Under the pieces are notes generated by a model that saw only the letters and a program-made list of their open reading frames with translations, made no database searches and was not told the DNA's origin. DNA of 64,000 bases, from contig JBBFKW010000009.1 in NCBI GenBank assembly GCA_037481835.1, positions 64,001 to 128,000 of the forward strand, written 5' to 3'. The position numbers and the translations under genes are program-made. Origin of the DNA: Desulfosoma sp. (lineage in GTDB: Bacteria > Desulfobacterota > Syntrophobacteria > Syntrophobacterales > DSM-9756). Numbering within the stretch: position 1 is the first letter of the stretch; each line of letters opens with the position of its first letter. Below are positions 35,549-47,094 of the stretch, piece by piece.

Positions 35549-36412
35549 ATGCAGGATCTCCTTCTCTACTGCACCAACGGCCTCCTGCTCGGCGTCATCT
35601 ATGCCCTGTCCGCTCTAGGGGTTTCCCTTGTTGTGGGCATCATGAACGTCATCAATTTTTCCCACGGGGAACTCTATGTTCTGGCCGGCTATTTCAGCGC
35701 GCTGTTCGCCAGGGCTCTGGGCTTTCCCGTAGTCGTTGCCGCAGCGCTCGCCGTCCTTCTGGTTTTCCTCTTCGGCCTGCTCGTAGAACGCACCCTCATT
35801 CGAAACACGTACGGCAACGACATGGCCTCCCTGATCATCACCTTCGTCCTGTCCATCGTCTTGCAGAATGCCTACCTGCTTATCTTCGGCCCCTACCCTC
35901 AAAAACCTCCCAATTGGGTGGACGGTTCCACGCACCTGTTCGGCTTGTTCTACTATGGCAACCAGCGCTTGGCCGCCTTGGGGGTCGGAGCCGCCGTCAT
36001 CGCCGGGCTCTTTGTCGTAGTGAAGAAAACCTGGTTCGGCAAAACGGTGCGTGCGGTGGCCCAAGACCGGGAAATGGCCGCCATGGTTGGGGTCAACCCC
36101 GACGGGGTCAACATGTTTTCCTTCGCCTTGGGATGTGCTCTGGCCGCTGCGGCCGGCGTCATCCTGGCGCCGATCTTCCCCGTCACCCCCACGGTGAGTG
36201 TGGGCGTGAGTCTGACGGCTTTCATTGTGGTCGTGCTGGGAGGCATGGGCAGTCTCGGCGGCTGTGTCATCGGAGGGCTCATCCTCGGATTGGTCCAGAA
36301 TCTGGGTTCCGCGTATGTGTCTTCGGGCTACAAACACTTTTTCGGGTTTTTCATTCTCCTGCTGGTCTTGACCATCCGCCCCACGGGGCTTTTCGGCCGA
36401 AAACAGCTCTAG
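35549..36412 (+). CDS. livH: Liv-type ABC permease
   Basis: VINFSHG, RAVAQD, VVVLGGMGS, RPTGLFG. Confidence 0.88.
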   Translation: MQDLLLYCTNGLLLGVIYALSALGVSLVVGIMNVINFSHGELYVLAGYFSALFARALGFPVVVAAALAVLLVFLFGLLVERTLIRNTYGNDMASLIITFVLSIVLQNAYLLIFGPYPQKPPNWVDGSTHLFGLFYYGNQRLAALGVGAAVIAGLFVVVKKTWFGKTVRAVAQDREMAAMVGVNPDGVNMFSFALGCALAAAAGVILAPIFPVTPTVSVGVSLTAFIVVVLGGMGSLGGCVIGGLILGLVQNLGSAYVSSGYKHFFGFFILLLVLTIRPTGLFGRKQL

Positions 36413-36439
36413 GGGCTGAGTCTCACAAAGGAGTTTCTT

Positions 36440-37363
36440 GTGCCGCGCCGTTGGACCCCAGCCTTCCAAATCCTCATGGTCGTCGGGCTCTGCGTCTTTC
36501 CCTTTCTCGCAGGGGAGTACTGGCTGCATACGGGCATTCTTTGCCTTTTTTACATCATGATGGCCTCAAGCTGGAACCTGCTGGCGGGATACACCGGCCA
36601 GGTCTCTTTCGCCCACGCCGCCTTTGCCGGCGTCGGCGCTTATGTCTCCGGCCTGGCGGCCATTCATTTTCATCTGCCGCCGCTTCTCGGGGCCCTTTTG
36701 GGCATGGCCGTCGCCGCCTTTCTCGGACTCCTGCTCGGGGTCCTGTGTATCCGCATGGGCGGCATCTACCTCTCACTGACGACTCTCGCCTTTTCCGAAA
36801 TGCTGCGCATCATCATCGACAATGAATATGAATTCACGCGCGGCACCATGGGCCTTTCGGTTCCGTTCCTCCTTCCCGTTTATTCCAAAACCGCCGCCTA
36901 TTTCCTCATGGGGCTCGCCACCCTTGCCGTGCTCTACGCCATCCGCGTCATCGTGCGCTCCGATCTGGGCACGGCCTTTCGAGCGGTCCAGAACGATGAA
37001 ACGGCCGCGGCGTCTTTGGGCATCCACGTGGTCAAGGTGCGCCTGGCCGCCTTCGTCATCTCAAGCACCATGGCCGGCCTGGCCGGCGCTTTATACGGCC
37101 ACTACCATCAGCTCATCACCCCCGAAATTCTTTCGCTCAACCTCATGTTTTTCGTTTTGGCCATGACGGTTATCGGAGGGATGGGCACCTTCGTCGGTCC
37201 GATCGTCGGCGCCGTCTTTCTCGAGTTTCTGTCCGAATACATCCGCATCTACGGCCAATTTCACGTGCTCCTTTTCGGCCTCATCGCCCTCGCCGTCTGC
37301 CGGTTCGCCCCTCAGGGCCTGATGGGCCTGTGGCAGCGGCGCGTGCGGGCTCTGCCTTCGTGA
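36440..37363 (+). CDS. livM: Liv-type ABC permease
   Basis: WNLLAGYTGQVSFAH, YLSLTTLAF, VIGGMGT, PQGL. Confidence 0.88.
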   Translation: MPRRWTPAFQILMVVGLCVFPFLAGEYWLHTGILCLFYIMMASSWNLLAGYTGQVSFAHAAFAGVGAYVSGLAAIHFHLPPLLGALLGMAVAAFLGLLLGVLCIRMGGIYLSLTTLAFSEMLRIIIDNEYEFTRGTMGLSVPFLLPVYSKTAAYFLMGLATLAVLYAIRVIVRSDLGTAFRAVQNDETAAASLGIHVVKVRLAAFVISSTMAGLAGALYGHYHQLITPEILSLNLMFFVLAMTVIGGMGTFVGPIVGAVFLEFLSEYIRIYGQFHVLLFGLIALAVCRFAPQGLMGLWQRRVRALPS

Positions 37364-37366
37364 GGA

Positions 37367-38096
37367 ATGTCCATGGCGTTCTTGGAAGTTCAGGATGTGG
37401 TGAAACGCTTCGGCGGTCTTGTGGCCGTCGCCGGCGTGCGTTTCGAGATCGAAGAGGGCCGCATTGTGGGGCTCATCGGGCCCAACGGCGCCGGGAAAAC
37501 GACGCTCTTCAACCTCATCGCGGGGACTTTCCCTTGTGATGAAGGCGCCATCCGGTTTTGCGGGGAAGACATCACCGGCAGCAAACCCTACCACGTGTGT
37601 CGCAAGGGCATTGCCCGAACTTTTCAAATCACGCGGCCCTTCAACGACATGACTTGTTACGAAAACGTGGTGGTGGGTCTCATCGGCCGCGACGGCTTTA
37701 CCGGGGAGACGGCGGCCCGGCGTCGCCAGGTGGAAGAGCTCCTGGAGTTCGTCGGCCTGAAAGACTTCATCCACACAGAAGCCCGCCACTTGAACCTTAT
37801 CCACAAGAAGCTTTTGGAAATCGCCAGGGCTTTGGCCACGCGCCCCAAGCTCGTCCTTTTGGACGAGGTCCTGGGCGGCCTGAACACCGGGGAAATTTTG
37901 AAAGCCTTGGATCTCATCCGCGCCATTCGGGACCGTTTCGGAGTCACCATCCTGTGGATCGAACACGTCATGGGCGCACTCATGCAGGTTGTGGAAAAGC
38001 TCTTGGTGCTCGATCGCGGGCGGCTGTTGTGTGAGGGAGAACCGGCGGCCGTGGTGAACGATCCCCGCGTGATCGAGGCCTATTTGGGGGAAGCGG

Positions 38097-38104
<8 letters not shown>
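37367..38104 (+). CDS. livG: Liv-type ABC ATPase
   Basis: KRFGGL, GPNGAGKTT, IARTFQ, LLDE, IEH, EAYLG. Confidence 0.88.
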
Positions 38105-38798
<694 letters not shown>

Positions 38799-39032
38799 TC
38801 AGCCGCCTTCCAGGGGAGGGAAAAAAACCAGCGAGTCGCCTTCCCGAAGAACGGTTTGCGGCGTCCGCGCCCTGCCGTTTACCAGGAGAATCTTCGGGGC
38901 GTCCTCCGGAACGCCCAGCAGGGCCAGCACCTCGGCCACTCGGGTCCCTTCCGGGACGTCCATGGACTTGTCTTCGGGAAGGCTTCGCGTATAGGCTCGG
39001 TATGTGGCAAAACTTTCGACTCGAATCTTCAT
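38799..39032 (-). CDS. MoaD/ThiS-family sulfur carrier
   Basis: 77 aa with LVNG and C-terminal FPPLEGG; divergent from the AOR gene. Confidence 0.88.
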   Translation of the reverse strand: MKIRVESFATYRAYTRSLPEDKSMDVPEGTRVAEVLALLGVPEDAPKILLVNGRARTPQTVLREGDSLVFFPPLEGG

Positions 39033-39151
39033 GGTTCCGCTGGGCTCAACGCTCTCGGCACGGGGACACGGATCCGGCGAGGCCTGTGAAAGCCCTGTTA
39101 GATTAAACGAAAAATCCTGAAAAATCGAGCTGCAAGCGCTGGAGGACGGTT

Positions 39152-40981
39152 ATGGGATGGATGGGAAAGATCCTTCGGGTCGACCTGACGGCGGGAACGA
39201 CCGCCGTGGAACCTTTGGACCGGCAAAAGGCGGTGGATTACGTGGGCGGACGGGGCCTCGGGATCCGGATGCTGCTTGATGAAGTCCCGCCCACAGTGGA
39301 TCCCTTTTCTCCGGAAAACAAGCTCATTTTCCTCACGGGCCCCCTTACGGGAACCGGAACCCCCACCGGCGCCCGTTACATGGTCATGACCAAGTCGCCG
39401 CTCACGGGAGCGCTGACCTGTTCCAACGCCGGGGGGCAGTTTCCCACCATGCTCAAGAAGGCGGGATTCGACGGGATCATTTTCGAAGGCCGTTCCCCCG
39501 AACCCGTGTATCTCTGGGTCTGCGAAGGGGTGGCGGAACTTCGCAAGGCTGGGCATCTGTGGGGAAAAGACACCCATGAAACGGATGGGATCCTGCGCCG
39601 AGAAACCCGAGACGATGCCAAGACGGCCGTGATCGGCCCTGCGGGGGAACGCCGTGTGCTCTTCGCCGGCATCATGAACGACAAGGATCGTGCAGCGGGC
39701 CGATCGGGAGTGGGCGCCGTCATGGGATCAAAGAATCTCAAAGGGGTCGTCGTGTTCGGCACCCAGAAGGTTCCCATTCACGACCCCGAAGCGTTCAAGA
39801 AGCTCCTGAAGGACATCATGGCCGGCTTCAAGGAAGCCACCAAGAAAGGGCCTTTGCCCCTTCGGGTCTACGGGACGGCCATCACCTCCACAGGAACGCA
39901 AAACGTGGGCGCCTATCCCACGCGGAATTTTCAGCAGGGCACCTTTGAGCACTGGAAGGATATCGGCGGAGAGGTCCTCACCGAAAAATACCTGGTGCGG
40001 ACCAAATCCTGTTACAGCTGCCCCATTTCCTGCGGCCGGGTGACCCGCGTGGCCGAAGGGCCTTTCCAAGGGGAGGGCGAAGGGCCGGAATACGAGACGG
40101 TGTACGCCCTGGGCAGCAACTGCGGCGTGCGGGACTTGGCCGCCGTCATCAAGGCCAACTACATTTGCAACGAAATGGGCATGGATACCATTTCCGCAGG
40201 GGCGACCATCGCCTGTGCCATGGAAATGTACGAACGGGGCATCCTGGACCAAAAGACCATCGGACGGCCGCTGCCTTTCGGGGACGCTCACGGCCTGGTG
40301 GAAATGGTCCGCAAGACGGCGCTTCGCGAAGGCTTCGGCAACGAACTGGCCGAGGGGAGCCTGCGGCTGGCCACTCGTTACGGGTGTCCCGAACTGGCCA
40401 TGGTGTCCAAAGGACAGGAATTCGCCGGCTACGAACCCCGGGCGGAAAAGGGCATGGGATTGGCCTATGCCACGTCGCCCATCGGGGCGAGCCACATGCG
40501 CGGAGATCCCGCCTATATCGAAATTCTCGGGGTGCCCGTCCTCATAGATCCGCTCACCTGGGAAGACAAGCCCCAGATCGTCAAAGACTGGCAGGACGTC
40601 TTCGCGTTGATCGATTCGGCCGGCCTGTGCGTGTTTTTCTCCGTAAGAAACCTGGTGAGCAAGACCAAAGACATCCGCCCGGTGCGGATTTTGGAGCTCC
40701 TGAACGCGGTGACGGGAGCCGGCTACACCATGGAGAGCCTGCTGACCGCCGCAGAACGGATCATCAACGCGGAACGGCTCTTTTTGGTCAAAGCGGGCTT
40801 CGACGCCAAGGACGACACGCTGCCTCCGCGCATCACGCGAGAACCCATGCCCGTCGGACCCGCCAAGGGGCAGGTGTGCGAACTGGAAAAGATGCTGCCC
40901 GTCTATTACAAGCTGAGGGGATGGGACCCAGCGGGTCGCCCCACCCCCGAACTCTTGGAACGATTGGGCCTTTCAAGCTGA
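39152..40981 (+). CDS. aor: Tungsten-dependent aldehyde:ferredoxin oxidoreductase
   Basis: GKILRVDL, KSPLTG, AAGRSGVGAVMGSKNLK, CYSCPISC, EGPEYET, GMDTIS, DSAGLC. Confidence 0.93.
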   Translation: MGWMGKILRVDLTAGTTAVEPLDRQKAVDYVGGRGLGIRMLLDEVPPTVDPFSPENKLIFLTGPLTGTGTPTGARYMVMTKSPLTGALTCSNAGGQFPTMLKKAGFDGIIFEGRSPEPVYLWVCEGVAELRKAGHLWGKDTHETDGILRRETRDDAKTAVIGPAGERRVLFAGIMNDKDRAAGRSGVGAVMGSKNLKGVVVFGTQKVPIHDPEAFKKLLKDIMAGFKEATKKGPLPLRVYGTAITSTGTQNVGAYPTRNFQQGTFEHWKDIGGEVLTEKYLVRTKSCYSCPISCGRVTRVAEGPFQGEGEGPEYETVYALGSNCGVRDLAAVIKANYICNEMGMDTISAGATIACAMEMYERGILDQKTIGRPLPFGDAHGLVEMVRKTALREGFGNELAEGSLRLATRYGCPELAMVSKGQEFAGYEPRAEKGMGLAYATSPIGASHMRGDPAYIEILGVPVLIDPLTWEDKPQIVKDWQDVFALIDSAGLCVFFSVRNLVSKTKDIRPVRILELLNAVTGAGYTMESLLTAAERIINAERLFLVKAGFDAKDDTLPPRITREPMPVGPAKGQVCELEKMLPVYYKLRGWDPAGRPTPELLERLGLSS

Positions 40982-41105
40982 AAGGGCCCGCCTTTTCCGA
41001 ACAGGTCGGGAGCGCGGGGCGTTTCGTCGGCACGGCCTGCGGGCCTCACGCCCGCGCTCCCAAGGCACAGTTCCGTTCAGTCGACGGGCGATTGTGGGCC
41101 GCCCT

Positions 41106-42308
41106 CTATTCCCGCGCGACAAGGGTCGCCATGCCCATGCCGCCCCCCACGCACAAGGTGGCCAAACCCACGGAAAGATCCCGCCGAGCCATTTCATAGA
41201 CGAGGGACACCACGATCCGCAACCCGGTGCATCCCACGGGATGGCCCAGCCCGATCCCGCTTCCGTTCACGTTGGTGATGGAGCGGTCCAGTCCTAATCC
41301 GCGTTCGCAGGCAATGTACTGGGCGGCAAAGGCTTCGTTGAGTTCGATCAGTTGGATGTCTTTCAGGGACATGCCGGTTTTCTTGAGTATCTTTTCGGTC
41401 GCCGGAACCGGGCCGTAGCCCATGTATTCAGGGTCCACGCCCGCCGCCGCCGTGGCGATCACGCGAGCCATGGGGTGAAGCCCCAATTCTTTCGCCTTGG
41501 CGCGGCTCATGACCAAAGCCGCCACCGCCCCGTCGTTCAAGCCCGACGAATTGCCCGCTGTCACCGTGCCGTCTTTTTTGAACACGGGTTTGAGCCGCAC
41601 CAAGTCGTCCATGGTCAGGCCGAACCGCGGATGTTCGTCCTGTTCGAACAAGGCGCTCTTGCCTTTGGGGCCCGGAATTTCTACGAGAACGATTTCGTCC
41701 TTGAACCTGCCTTCCTTGATGGCCGCTTCGGCATTGCGGTGACTGCGAAGCGCCACCTCGTCCTGATCTTGTCGGGAAATGCCGTATTTTTCCGCAAGGT
41801 TTTCCGCCGTCACCCCCATGATCATGGGATTGCCCAGAAGGCGGCTCCCGGAATGCAGCATTTCCCACACGCTGTCCACCACCTCGTGGTTCATGAGGCG
41901 CATGCCCCACCGGGCGTTGGGCAGGTAATACGGCGCCGAGCTCATGGATTCCACCCCGCCCACCATGACCACGTCGGCATCCCCGGCTTTGATCATCTGG
42001 GCCGCCGCCGCCAAGGCCTGCATGCTGGAAGCGCACTGGCGTTGAATGGTGTGGGCCGGAATGTCCACGGGAAAACCGGCTCGAAGCATGGCCGTGCGGG
42101 CCGTGTTCGCCTCATCGAAACACTGGACGCAGTCTCCGGTGACCACTTCGTCGAGAAGGTTCGGCGAGAGATTCCCCGCCCGTTTCAAGACTTCCGTCAT
42201 CACATGGGCCAGTAAGGCCGACGCCCGCACGTCCTTTAAGGACCCACCGAATTTGCCGATGGGTGTGCGGGCCGCCGCCACAATCACCACGTCTCGATCC
42301 CTGTTCAT
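41106..42308 (-). CDS. Acetyl-CoA C-acetyltransferase (thiolase)
   Basis: RTPIGKFGG, QCASS, TAGNSS, ELNEAFA, GHPVG, LCVGGG. Confidence 0.95.
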   Translation of the reverse strand: MNRDRDVVIVAAARTPIGKFGGSLKDVRASALLAHVMTEVLKRAGNLSPNLLDEVVTGDCVQCFDEANTARTAMLRAGFPVDIPAHTIQRQCASSMQALAAAAQMIKAGDADVVMVGGVESMSSAPYYLPNARWGMRLMNHEVVDSVWEMLHSGSRLLGNPMIMGVTAENLAEKYGISRQDQDEVALRSHRNAEAAIKEGRFKDEIVLVEIPGPKGKSALFEQDEHPRFGLTMDDLVRLKPVFKKDGTVTAGNSSGLNDGAVAALVMSRAKAKELGLHPMARVIATAAAGVDPEYMGYGPVPATEKILKKTGMSLKDIQLIELNEAFAAQYIACERGLGLDRSITNVNGSGIGLGHPVGCTGLRIVVSLVYEMARRDLSVGLATLCVGGGMGMATLVARE

Positions 42309-42323
42309 CGAATCCCTCACACC

Positions 42324-43181
42324 CTACTTGGAGTAATCGTAAAACCCGCGGCCGCTCTTTCGCCCCAAATAGCCCGCGCGGACCATCTTGCGCAGCAGCG
42401 GCGCCGGCCGATACTTATCTTCCCCCAGTTCCTTGTGGAGCCCTTCCAAGACAAAAAGGAGCGTGTCCAGGCCCACCATATCGGCCAGAGCCAAGGGGCC
42501 GATGGGATGATTGGCGCCCAGGGTCATGGCCCGGTCGATATCTTCCGCAGAGGCGATCCCTTCCGAATAGACGAAAATGGCCTCGTTGATCATGGGGCAC
42601 AAAATGCGGTTGACCGCAAAACCCGGCGCTTCTTTGACTTCAATGGGCACCTTGCCGATCTTTTCCACCAAAGCTTTGGTCTTTTGGTAAGTGTCGTCCC
42701 CCGTGGCCAAACCGCGGATGATTTCCACCAGCTTCATCACCGGAACGGGGTTGAAGAAATGCATGCCGATGACCTTATCCGGTCGTTTGGTCACGGACGC
42801 CATTTCGGTGATGGAAAGCCCCGAGGTGTTGGAGGCCAGGATCGCTTGCGGCGGACAGAGGGTGTCCAGTTCCTGAAAGACCTTGCGTTTGAGGTCCATG
42901 TTTTCGATGACGGCTTCGATGACGAAATCGGCTCCGGCAGCCGCTTGGGCCATATCCGTGGTCCCGTGAATGCGACCCATGACGGCCTCGGCTTCGGCCG
43001 CATCCATTTTCCCTTTGGCCACGGCACGATCCAAATTCCCCTTGATCCCGCTCAGGCCTTTGTCCACGAACCGCTGCTCGATATCCCGCAAGGCCACCTC
43101 GTACCCGGATTGAGCCAGCACTTGGGCAATGCCCGACCCCATGATGCCGGCTCCCAACACGCACACTTTTTTCACGTCCAT
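42324..43181 (-). CDS. hbd: 3-hydroxybutyryl-CoA dehydrogenase
   Basis: [39 protein letters not shown]. Confidence 0.93.
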   Translation of the reverse strand: MDVKKVCVLGAGIMGSGIAQVLAQSGYEVALRDIEQRFVDKGLSGIKGNLDRAVAKGKMDAAEAEAVMGRIHGTTDMAQAAAGADFVIEAVIENMDLKRKVFQELDTLCPPQAILASNTSGLSITEMASVTKRPDKVIGMHFFNPVPVMKLVEIIRGLATGDDTYQKTKALVEKIGKVPIEVKEAPGFAVNRILCPMINEAIFVYSEGIASAEDIDRAMTLGANHPIGPLALADMVGLDTLLFVLEGLHKELGEDKYRPAPLLRKMVRAGYLGRKSGRGFYDYSK

Positions 43182-43252
43182 AACCCTCTCCTTAGAATTT
43201 TCCAGTATGTCTCCGATCGGCCCGCCCCCCCGGAATCGGGCCGGGTTTCCCG

Positions 43253-43924
43253 CTACGGCGGGTCGTCTCGAAACCGCTCCTTCAAAGCGCCTACGGTCCG
43301 GCGGTAATCGGATCCTTGAAAGACGGCTGATCCCGCCACGAAAACATCCACGCCGGCCTCCACCAGATGGTCCACCGTGTCCACGCTGACCCCGCCGTCC
43401 ACCTGGAGGAGCACGGGAAGGGATCGCTCGTCGATCCACCGGCGCATTTCGCGAATCTTGGGCAGCACCGAAGGAATAAACCTTTGCCCTCCGAAGCCGG
43501 GATTGACGGTCATAAGGAGGACCATGTCCACGTGGGGCAGAATGGGTTCCACGAGACACAGGGGAGTGGCCGGGTTGACCGCCACCGCCGCCTTGGCACC
43601 CAATTCCCGGATGCGCTGCACCGTGCGATGCAGGTGCACGCAGGCTTCCACATGCACCCCGAGCCAATCGGCGCCGGCTTCCACGAAGGCGTCCACAAAG
43701 CGATCGGGTTCCGAAATCATCAGATGGACGTCCACGGGAAGGGTCGTCGCCCGGCGCACGGCTTTGACCACATCCGGCCCGATGGTGATATTGGGCACGA
43801 AATGGCCGTCCATCACATCCACGTGAATCCAGTCGGCACCGGCCTTTTCCACGGCCCGGATTTCTTCGGCAAGTCGGCCGAAATCCGCCGACAAGATGGA
43901 TGGGGCGAGTTTTTGCTTTCCCAT
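43253..43924 (-). CDS. rpe: Ribulose-phosphate 3-epimerase
   Basis: [35 protein letters not shown]. Confidence 0.97.
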   Translation of the reverse strand: MGKQKLAPSILSADFGRLAEEIRAVEKAGADWIHVDVMDGHFVPNITIGPDVVKAVRRATTLPVDVHLMISEPDRFVDAFVEAGADWLGVHVEACVHLHRTVQRIRELGAKAAVAVNPATPLCLVEPILPHVDMVLLMTVNPGFGGQRFIPSVLPKIREMRRWIDERSLPVLLQVDGGVSVDTVDHLVEAGVDVFVAGSAVFQGSDYRRTVGALKERFRDDPP

Positions 43925-43931
43925 AACTCTC

Positions 43932-45287
43932 CTAGAGGCGGCGCCACCGGGCTGCGAAAAAGCCGTCCGTACCGTGCCGGTGGGGCCACGTGGCCAGATA
44001 CGGCCCATCGGTCATGGCCCGGCACGATTCTGGAAGAACCTCCGCCGCCGACTCCAACACCCAATCGGGAAAATCCCTGGAAAAACCTTCGGCCACCCCC
44101 TCGTTTTCCAGCTCGAAGACCGTGCAGGTGGCGTAGACCAAAATCCCGCCCCTTCTAACAAAACGAGCCGCCTGGCGCAAGAAGGCCTTTTGGGTGAGGC
44201 TCGCCCGGTAAGGGGATCGAGCCGCACGGCGCCATTTGATGTCGGGATTTCGTCGAAGCACTCCGAACCCTGTGCACGGGGCATCCACGAGCACGCGATC
44301 GAAGAGGCCCATCTTCGCCGGTTCCAAGTCAAGGGCGTCCGCCGCCGTCACCGTGATGCATCGGATCCCCTGCCGGTCGGCGTTTTCTTGGAGTGCCTCA
44401 AGCTTCCACGCCTCCCGGTCCACGGCGACCACTTCGCCCTCATCGCCCATGAGTGCCGCACAATGGGTTGTTTTTCCGCCGAAACCGGCGCACAGATCCA
44501 AGATGCGTTCCCCCGGCTTGGGATCCAACACGAGGGACACCATCTGGGACGCCTCGTCCTGGACCTGAATCCATCCCTGCACAAAAGGCTCACAGGCGCC
44601 CACATCCATGCGAAGGGCTCCCAGCCGAACGGCCTCCGGTACAAGCGGCGAAGGCTCCACGGCCATATCCCTTTCCCGAAACCAGCGGATGACCTCGTCC
44701 CGACGGGCTTTCAGGGGATTAACCCGGCAGGTCGTCCCTGCCGGCGCGTTGTTCGCCTCCAGGACGGCGCGAGCCTCCTCGAATCCCCATCGTTTCAAGG
44801 CGTATTCGGCGAACCATTCCGGATGCGAGGTCATGACGGACAAGTACGCCACGGGATCTTGCCGAGGATCCGGCCACGGCCATGCATCGCCGAAGCGAAG
44901 GGCTCGGCGCAACACCGCGTTGACGAATCCCACCACCCGCTTTCCGTGGGCGGTCTTGGCCACTTCCACCGTCTCATGCACCGCCGCATGGGCCGGGATC
45001 TTCCTCAAAAAAAGGATTTGATAAAGGCCCAGCCGAAGGAGGACCAAAACATCCGCATCGATTTTTTCCCGTTCGCTGAGTACCCGGGCATGCCAGTCCA
45101 AACGCCGGCGCCATCGCAAAACCCCGTAGACAAGTTCGGTGAGGAGGGCGCGGTCCCGAGGGTCCAGGAGAGGGTTTCGACCCAGAGCCACCCGAAGAAG
45201 TCGATCGGGATGGGCCGGCCTCTTATCCATCTGCAGCAGAAGGCGATAGGCGAGGGATCGCACATCATCCATGGCCGACTCCGTCAT
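43932..45287 (-). CDS. rsmB: 16S rRNA m5C967 methyltransferase (NusB-like N-domain)
   Basis: VQDEAS, DLCAGFGGKT, DAPCTG, YATC, DGFF. Confidence 0.93.
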   Translation of the reverse strand: MTESAMDDVRSLAYRLLLQMDKRPAHPDRLLRVALGRNPLLDPRDRALLTELVYGVLRWRRRLDWHARVLSEREKIDADVLVLLRLGLYQILFLRKIPAHAAVHETVEVAKTAHGKRVVGFVNAVLRRALRFGDAWPWPDPRQDPVAYLSVMTSHPEWFAEYALKRWGFEEARAVLEANNAPAGTTCRVNPLKARRDEVIRWFRERDMAVEPSPLVPEAVRLGALRMDVGACEPFVQGWIQVQDEASQMVSLVLDPKPGERILDLCAGFGGKTTHCAALMGDEGEVVAVDREAWKLEALQENADRQGIRCITVTAADALDLEPAKMGLFDRVLVDAPCTGFGVLRRNPDIKWRRAARSPYRASLTQKAFLRQAARFVRRGGILVYATCTVFELENEGVAEGFSRDFPDWVLESAAEVLPESCRAMTDGPYLATWPHRHGTDGFFAARWRRL

Positions 45288-46048
45288 TTCCCTTCGAGAA
45301 GACGCGCGAGGACCGATCGAACTTCACTCAAGGGGACGTGGGTGTCCACACACGGTCCCCTGGGTCGTTCGTTGAAAATCCCGTAGACCGGCAATGGCAG
45401 CGTGTCCTGAATCCCGCTCACCAAATCCCGTTCGCACGCCACGGCCACGATGAGGTCAGGCCGCGTTTGCACGACAATGCGCCGCGCGATGGTCCCCCCC
45501 GTCGCCACCGCCAGGTCGACCCCGTACCGTTCCTTGATTTCCAAAAGCTCGGCGATGGGACAACGGCCGCACCGCTTGCAATTTTCCACCTCAAAGGTGA
45601 TGCGCACCCCGCACTGGGAAAGCTGGATGCAGTGGGGCATGAGCAGCAGTACGTTCCGGGGTTTTTTCCCCGAACGAAAGGACGCCATGACCAGTTCGTT
45701 GTTCACCCCCACAAAGGCGTGCTGCACGGCCTTCTTGGGCACGCCCAAGAGTCGCCCTACGGCGATGAGGAGGGGCAGCAGGCCTTTAGCGCTGATGCGG
45801 CGCAAAAAGGCGGAAAAGGGTACATCCCGGCCGAGCACGACGGCCGCGATGAGAAGAGAGACGGCGGCAAGGTGCGCCGCCATGAGGAACGCGAAAAAAA
45901 CCCCCGCAATGCGGGGAAGGATCGGGTGAATGCGCTCAAACCCCCAGTAGGGGACCACGAAGAGCAGCCCCAGGGTCACACTGACAAGCAGGCCGGCCAG
46001 AACCAGCAGCATCACCATCAAGGATTTTTCGGAAGGTACGAAGCGCAT
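45284..46048 (-). CDS. DUF116-domain membrane protein
   Basis: PHCIQ...CKRCGRC, ATGG, VACERDL; lies between fmt and rsmB. Confidence 0.85.
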   Translation of the reverse strand: MRFVPSEKSLMVMLLVLAGLLVSVTLGLLFVVPYWGFERIHPILPRIAGVFFAFLMAAHLAAVSLLIAAVVLGRDVPFSAFLRRISAKGLLPLLIAVGRLLGVPKKAVQHAFVGVNNELVMASFRSGKKPRNVLLLMPHCIQLSQCGVRITFEVENCKRCGRCPIAELLEIKERYGVDLAVATGGTIARRIVVQTRPDLIVAVACERDLVSGIQDTLPLPVYGIFNERPRGPCVDTHVPLSEVRSVLARLLEGK

Positions 46049-46146
46049 GGCGACGGTAAGCCTTCACGGTTCATGGGAGAGTGAGCCGCACATGACCGTG
46101 AGCGGACCCATATGGGGAGGTGGGTTTTTCGGACCCAGGGCGCATG

Positions 46147-47094
46147 TCAGTGAAACACCGAGCCCACGGGAAGATCGTGCCCTCGCAGGAAGGCTTCCGC
46201 CGGTACCGGTTTCCTCCCTTCCAGCTGGAGCGTCCCGATGACCACGGCCGTGCCGTCCCCGGCACGCACAAGCAGGCCGTCCCGCGTCAAGCCGAGCACT
46301 TCTCCGGCAACGCCTTCCGTCGCATAGGAAGACATTCGGGCGTCAAAGAACTTGATCCGGGACGATCCGTGGTAGCCGTAGGCACCGGGCCACGGGTCGA
46401 AGGCCCGAATCCGACACCACACGGCAGAAGCCGGTTGGTGCCAATCCACATGGGTTTCTTGCTTTTGGACGGGAGAAGCCGGCACGGCTCGGCTGTGGTC
46501 CTGCGGCACGGGGCGACACAGGCCGCGACGCCAGGCATCCAAGGTGCGACATAAGAGCCGCGCGCCGCGGCGGGCCAACGTGTCGTGCAAGGTTCCGAAG
46601 GTATCCTCGGGACGGATGGGCACCGGTTCCGCGGCCAAAACGGGCCCGGTGTCCATGCCCTCGTCCATGAGCATGATGCAGACGCCGGTTTCCGTATCCC
46701 CATTGAGGATGGCTCTCTGGATAGGGGCCGCCCCGCGGTACCGGGGGAGCAAGGAAGGGTGCACGTTCAAAGCGCCCAAGGGAAAGGCATCGAGGAGAGC
46801 CTTGGGCAATAACTGCCCGTAAGCCACAAGGACGAGACAATGGGCATCGAGAGATGTGAGGGTGCGGATCACTTGGGGATCCCGAATCCGTTCCGGTTGG
46901 ATTACGGGCAGACCCAACCGTTCTGCCGCCGTCTTGACCGGCGGCGGGCTCGGTTTGCGGCCTCGGCCCTTCGGCCGATCAGGCTGGGTGACCACCCGTA
47001 GGATGTGCGCACCGCTTCGATGAAGTTCTTCCAGGGTGGGCACGGCGAAATCCGGCGTGCCGCAAAAGACCACCCTTACGGGTTCCTCCGTCAC
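46147..47094 (-). CDS. fmt: Methionyl-tRNA formyltransferase
   Basis: GTPDFA, TQPDRP, NVHPSLLPRYRGAAP; GTGA overlap with def. Confidence 0.96.
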   Translation of the reverse strand: MTEEPVRVVFCGTPDFAVPTLEELHRSGAHILRVVTQPDRPKGRGRKPSPPPVKTAAERLGLPVIQPERIRDPQVIRTLTSLDAHCLVLVAYGQLLPKALLDAFPLGALNVHPSLLPRYRGAAPIQRAILNGDTETGVCIMLMDEGMDTGPVLAAEPVPIRPEDTFGTLHDTLARRGARLLCRTLDAWRRGLCRPVPQDHSRAVPASPVQKQETHVDWHQPASAVWCRIRAFDPWPGAYGYHGSSRIKFFDARMSSYATEGVAGEVLGLTRDGLLVRAGDGTAVVIGTLQLEGRKPVPAEAFLRGHDLPVGSVFH

